From: Bacteroidales bacterium
Lineage (GTDB): Bacteria > Bacteroidota > Bacteroidia > Bacteroidales > UBA7960
Direction of reading: 5' to 3'
DNA: 61,310 nucleotides
NCBI GenBank assembly: GCA_007129355.1
Contig: SKVR01000219.1
Location: 1-61,310, forward strand
Both the position numbers and the translations under genes were made by a program. A model generated the notes under the pieces. The model worked only from the letters and a program-made list of their open reading frames with translations, made no database searches and was not told the DNA's origin. Shown one piece after another: positions 57,126-61,310 of this stretch (its first letter is position 1; each line of letters opens with the position of its first letter).

Positions 57126-57857
57126 ATGAGTAAATACACAAAGTGGGTAATGGGAAGTTTGGGCTGGGCTCTGGGTGGTCCTATCGGCGGAATACTTGGT
57201 TTTATTATGGGAACCGCCTTTGAAAGTATGAATTCCGGCGAATTTGAATACCGCCCGCCCCGGCAACAAGGAACCCAACCCGGCGATTTCAGAATCAGTC
57301 TTCTCATACTTTCGGCTGCAGTAATGAAAGCTGACGGCAAGCAACTTAAATCGGAGCTCAATTATATTAAAAGTTTTTTTATCCAAAATTTTGGCGAGAT
57401 TGCAACCCGCCATTACATGCAAGCCTTCCGGGATATTCTTAAACAGGATATTCCCTTGCAGGATGTTTGCATACAAATAAAAACTCATATGGATCTGCAC
57501 AGCCGTTTGCAATTACTCCATTTCCTTTTTGGTATTGCTTTGTCGGATGGACATGCACATACCACAGAAATTAAAACGATTGAAAATATTTCAGACTGGC
57601 TGGGCATAAGTCAGTCTGATTTTCTTTCCATTAAAAACATGTTTGTAAAAGATACTGAAAGCGCCTGGAAAATACTTGAAATACCACCCGACTCATCAGA
57701 AGAAACAACAAAAAGAGCCTATCGCGCAATGGCGCTTAAATACCACCCTGACAGGGTAAGCCATCTGGGTGAAGAATTCCAGCAAGCTGCCAAAGAAAAA
57801 TTTCAGGAGGTAAATGATGCCTACAATACCATTAAAAAAATAAAGGGGTATTCATGA
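57126..57857 (+). CDS. DjlA-like co-chaperone (membrane anchor + TerB-like domain + C-terminal J domain)
   Basis: 243 aa. Gly-rich TM segment, TerB-like middle (LLILSAAVMKADGK), J domain with AYRAMALKYHPD. Confidence 0.8.
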   Translation: MSKYTKWVMGSLGWALGGPIGGILGFIMGTAFESMNSGEFEYRPPRQQGTQPGDFRISLLILSAAVMKADGKQLKSELNYIKSFFIQNFGEIATRHYMQAFRDILKQDIPLQDVCIQIKTHMDLHSRLQLLHFLFGIALSDGHAHTTEIKTIENISDWLGISQSDFLSIKNMFVKDTESAWKILEIPPDSSEETTKRAYRAMALKYHPDRVSHLGEEFQQAAKEKFQEVNDAYNTIKKIKGYS

Positions 57858-57884
57858 GAGAAGAAGTTACATTATTGAAGAAAA

Positions 57885-58628
57885 TCATGTTTCAATTATT
57901 GATAACAACAAAATAGAAGTATTGTCTCTGGCACCTTTTTCATAAACCGCTTCCATTATTTTTTTGATGTCCTTATCAGGTAGCATCTGCTCAAACTCTT
58001 TGTCTTTAAGCATATCTGTTAGACCATCACTGCAAATAATGAGTTTATCTCCTGCATTCAGAATGGATGTAATATCATGAAAATCAATAAAAGGAGTTTT
58101 TCCACCACCCACAGAATTGGCAATATAATTGGAAGGAATGGTAGGGTCATTGGTTAGCCAGGCAAGCGTGTGATCAGTAGTTAGTTGTTTTAATGCATAA
58201 TTACGGAATAAATACAATCGGCTATCGCCGGCATGAAAAAGATAGAACTTTCCATAGTAATAATAGATACCGGTTAGTGTCGTCCCCATTCCTTCATAGG
58301 AAGGGTTCTCTCCGCTCATCTTCTTTAAATGCTCATGAATACTTCTTATCCATTTAAAGAATGCTATTTTAATTTCTTCGACTGAGAGACCAGCAGGTAG
58401 CTGCTCTGTAAAACGGTAAAGACCCTTAAGGACTTCTGCACTGGCTATTTCACCAGCACGGTGTCCCCCAATACCATCAGCAACTGCAAAAATGGCATGT
58501 GAACAGATGGCATCAAACTGTTTTTGCAGGTGATTGTCGGTAAATAATTCATCATCCAGAAGAATATGATCTTCATTGTTTGATCTTCGCAACCCCTTGT
58601 CACTAATACCTTCTGCATTTATGAACAT
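57885..58628 (-). CDS. PP2C family Ser/Thr protein phosphatase
   Basis: 247 aa. Contains RRSNNEDH, VADGIGGH, CSDGLTD and DNTSILLL. Confidence 0.85.
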   Translation of the reverse strand: MFINAEGISDKGLRRSNNEDHILLDDELFTDNHLQKQFDAICSHAIFAVADGIGGHRAGEIASAEVLKGLYRFTEQLPAGLSVEEIKIAFFKWIRSIHEHLKKMSGENPSYEGMGTTLTGIYYYYGKFYLFHAGDSRLYLFRNYALKQLTTDHTLAWLTNDPTIPSNYIANSVGGGKTPFIDFHDITSILNAGDKLIICSDGLTDMLKDKEFEQMLPDKDIKKIMEAVYEKGARDNTSILLLSIIET

Positions 58629-58912
58629 GACGATATTCTTTTGTAGTCTTTCGCAATTCCAGATTAGAGAATGCCAGAGAGTTTCCTGAATTGTTCTCGA
58701 ATATACAAATTTAATATACTCATCAATGTTAAATTTATGATAATTTTTAATTGAAGAATACCAAAATATTGTCGTAACTAAAAAAAAAATCTCACGCCAA
58801 CTTAAAAATCACCTTTTCAGTATTTTTGTTATTTTTTTACACATACCCCCCTTTTTTTATACTATTTATCATTTTTTATTAACATTTTTCCATATAAACA
58901 ATCTTTTTTTTA

Positions 58913-58920
58913 TACATTTG
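58913..58920 (+). promoter_or_regulatory. -7 box TACATTTG upstream of the GSIII gene
   Basis: Exact TAnnTTTG match 29 nt upstream of the ATG at 58949. Confidence 0.4.
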
Positions 58921-58948
58921 CAACGTATTAATTAAAAATTCAACAAAT

Positions 58949-61138
58949 ATGAGTAACAGAAGATTTACTGCCGTTAAGGAAGCACTAAGTCATTTACCAC
59001 TTGAGTCAAATGCTAGTCCGTCCAAAGTTTCAGAATACTATGGAATAAATGTTTTTAACAATCAGGCCATGCGTGAATATTTGCCTGATGACGTTTATAA
59101 AAGTATAAGTGAAAACATTGAAAAAGCAGAACGAATTGATAAAAGGGTTGCGGATCAGGTAGCATCTGCCATGCGCGCATGGGCCATCAGTAAAGGTGCC
59201 ACTCACTATACACATTGGTTTTTACCATTAAATGGAGCAACAGCTGAGAAACACGATTCCTTCTTCAGCCCTTCATCTGATAATAGCAATATTGAGCAAT
59301 TTGATGGAAGTAAACTGGTGCAGCAGGAACCTGATGCCAGTAGTTTGCCCAGCGGCGGATTGCGCAACACATTTGAAGCCCGCGGCTACTCTGCATGGGA
59401 CCCATCATCTCCTGCATACATCATGGGAAATACACTTTGTATACCCACTATTTTTGTTGCATATACGGGCGAAGCACTGGATTTTAAAACACCACTGCTA
59501 AAAACCATCAGTGTTATAGATGAAATTGCCACAGATGTTTGCCAGCTTTTTGACCGGAGCATAACCCGCGTATACCCCACTCTTGGATGGGAACAGGAAT
59601 ATTTTCTCGTTGACGAAGCACTCTTCCATGCACGCCCCGACCTCGTCATGACAGGTCGTACTTTGCTGGGCCACGGCCCGGCCAAAGGTCAGCAATTGGA
59701 AGATCATTATTTTGGAGCTATTGCTCCAAGAGTTAAAGCCTTTATGACTGAATTTGAAGTTGAAGCATGGAAGTTGGGCATTCCGGTAAAAACCAGGCAC
59801 AATGAAGTTGCTCCTAATCAGTTTGAGCTGGCACCTGTATATGAAGAAGCCAATATTGCCATTGACCACAATCAACTGGTAATGGTAGTAATGGAAAATA
59901 CTGCACGCAAACATAAATTCCGCATACTCTATCATGAAAAACCTTTTGCCAGTGTAAACGGTAGTGGCAAGCACAACAACTGGTCATTGGCTACCAATAC
60001 AGGTAAAAACCTTTTAAGCCCGGGCCACACGCCCAAAACCAACCTTCTGTTTCTTACCTTCTTTGTCAACTTCATAAAAGCTGTTTACAGGCATTCTGAT
60101 TTGCTCCGTGCAGTCATTGCTTCAGCAGGCAACGATCATCGGTTAGGTGCCAATGAAGCACCACCTGCAATCATGTCGATATTCATAGGCTCTCAGCTTA
60201 CTAAAGTTCTGGATGATCTTGAGAAAAAAGTGAAAGACCGCAAAATGACCCCAGATGAAAAAACGGAACTCAAACTTAATATCGGGAAAATACCCCATAT
60301 CATTCTGGATAATACCGACAGAAACAGAACTTCACCCATCGCTTTTACAGGAAATAAATTTGAATTCCGCGCAGTGGGTTCGTCAGCCAATTGCGGACCG
60401 GCAATGATTGCGCTAAACAGCATACTTGCCGAACAGTTAAAGGAGTTTAAAGCCTCTCTGGAAAGTGCGATGGAGAAAGGAGAAGATAAGGATGAAGCTA
60501 TCTTTAAAATCCTTAGAGACTACATTATTGAATCAAAACCAATCCTTTTTGAAGGTAACGGTTATAGTGAAGAATGGGTTATTGAAGCCGAAAAAAGAGG
60601 ACTTTCAAATCGCAAGAATACACCTGAAGCCCTCTTAGCATATATTTCTGACAGCACCAAAAAGCTTTTTATCCAAAATAAAATATTTACCGAAAAAGAG
60701 CTGAAGGCGCGTTGGGAAATCAGACATGAAAATTATACCAAGGTTATTCAGATAGAATCAAGAGTACTCGCTGATCTGGCCGGAAATCACATCATTCCCA
60801 CCGCTATAAGGTATCAGAATAATCTGGTTGAAAATGTCAAGGGACTTAAAGAGATATTATCTGTTGAACAGTTTGAAAAACAAGCAGAAGTACAAAAATA
60901 TATCATTGGAAAAATCTCAGAGCATATCATAGAAATAAGACAAGATGTGCAAAAAATGATTGAAAAACGAAAGGAAGCAAATGCAATTGAAGAGGCAGAC
61001 AAAATGGCGTTTTTCTATTGCAATGAGGTCAGGCCTTATCTCGATACGATCAGGTATCATGTTGACAAACTTGAACTGCTGGTTGACGATGAAATGTGGA
61101 CACTGCCTAAATACCGTGAAATGCTTTTTATTAAATAA
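58949..61138 (+). CDS. glnA: glutamine synthetase type III
   Basis: 729 aa (GSIII size class). N-terminal ..YYGINVFNNQAMREYLP.., catalytic-domain blocks HNEVAPNQFE and NGSGKHNNWS. Confidence 0.95.
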   Translation: MSNRRFTAVKEALSHLPLESNASPSKVSEYYGINVFNNQAMREYLPDDVYKSISENIEKAERIDKRVADQVASAMRAWAISKGATHYTHWFLPLNGATAEKHDSFFSPSSDNSNIEQFDGSKLVQQEPDASSLPSGGLRNTFEARGYSAWDPSSPAYIMGNTLCIPTIFVAYTGEALDFKTPLLKTISVIDEIATDVCQLFDRSITRVYPTLGWEQEYFLVDEALFHARPDLVMTGRTLLGHGPAKGQQLEDHYFGAIAPRVKAFMTEFEVEAWKLGIPVKTRHNEVAPNQFELAPVYEEANIAIDHNQLVMVVMENTARKHKFRILYHEKPFASVNGSGKHNNWSLATNTGKNLLSPGHTPKTNLLFLTFFVNFIKAVYRHSDLLRAVIASAGNDHRLGANEAPPAIMSIFIGSQLTKVLDDLEKKVKDRKMTPDEKTELKLNIGKIPHIILDNTDRNRTSPIAFTGNKFEFRAVGSSANCGPAMIALNSILAEQLKEFKASLESAMEKGEDKDEAIFKILRDYIIESKPILFEGNGYSEEWVIEAEKRGLSNRKNTPEALLAYISDSTKKLFIQNKIFTEKELKARWEIRHENYTKVIQIESRVLADLAGNHIIPTAIRYQNNLVENVKGLKEILSVEQFEKQAEVQKYIIGKISEHIIEIRQDVQKMIEKRKEANAIEEADKMAFFYCNEVRPYLDTIRYHVDKLELLVDDEMWTLPKYREMLFIK

Positions 61139-61166
61139 ATCTCCTTTAACCATGTTTTGCCAAAAA

Positions 61167-61204
61167 AGAGGCTGTCTCAATAAAAGAGACAGTCTCTTTT
61201 TTTA
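61167..61204. terminator. bidirectional terminator hairpin between glnA and a convergent gene
   Basis: agaggctgtctc aataaaa gagacagtctct (12-bp stem, 1 mismatch), flanked by an A6 run upstream and a T run downstream. Confidence 0.75.
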
Positions 61205-61221
61205 TTTTCCGGCTTTTAGAT

Positions 61222-61310
61222 TTATTTAAAATTATAAACGAAACCGACACCAAACTGCTGTCTCATCTGGGTTGTAGGACCTACCCTTCCATCGCCTTTG
61301 TCAATTTTTA
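61222..61310 (-). CDS. 3-prime end of a gene running off the window (outer-membrane barrel-like C-terminus)
   Basis: My minus-strand translation gives ..KIDKGDGRVGPTTQMRQQFGVGFVYNFK*. Only 29 codons are visible. Confidence 0.3.
   Translation of the reverse strand, partial: KIDKGDGRVGPTTQMRQQFGVGFVYNFK

Overview
This is a 61.3-kb chromosomal window that looks like a Bacteroidota genome. The evidence is a T9SS C-terminal sorting-domain protein, a type III glutamine synthetase, many lipoprotein or outer-membrane genes ending in an aromatic residue, TAnnTTTG-type -7 boxes upstream of many genes, and an ATT-initiated infC. About 47 protein genes are supported and most are housekeeping. They include ppc, alr, ltaE, prmC, ligA, thrS-infC-rpmI-rplT, lepB, nnr, GSIII glnA, a PgpH-like HDIG protein, peptidases of families S9, M13, M20 and C40, NamZ-like DUF1343, an ALDH7-type dehydrogenase and an HglS-like DUF1338 plus YdiJ-like FAD/Fe-S oxidase pair. 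I found no rRNA, tRNA, CRISPR array, intact mobile element or recognisable defence system. The best candidate for an undescribed system is at 21.7-27.8 kb. A periplasmic propeller/Y_Y_Y sensor is fused to a class III adenylate cyclase with catalytic residues intact, followed by an HD hydrolase and a tandem USP, with a divergent stand-alone PAS/coiled-coil protein. This would be a ligand-to-cAMP module. Other points: lysine-catabolism genes split over two loci; a decayed group II intron-type reverse transcriptase relic at about 8.35-8.55 kb; and an unusual load of short tandem repeats, palindromes and REP-like hairpins in intergenic regions (12.73-12.80, 15.6-16.16 and 20.0-20.36 kb). There is also a possible unannotated Cys-rich small lipoprotein and a 786-bp gene-poor gap. 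All functional calls come from reading motifs in the supplied translations. No database search was run.
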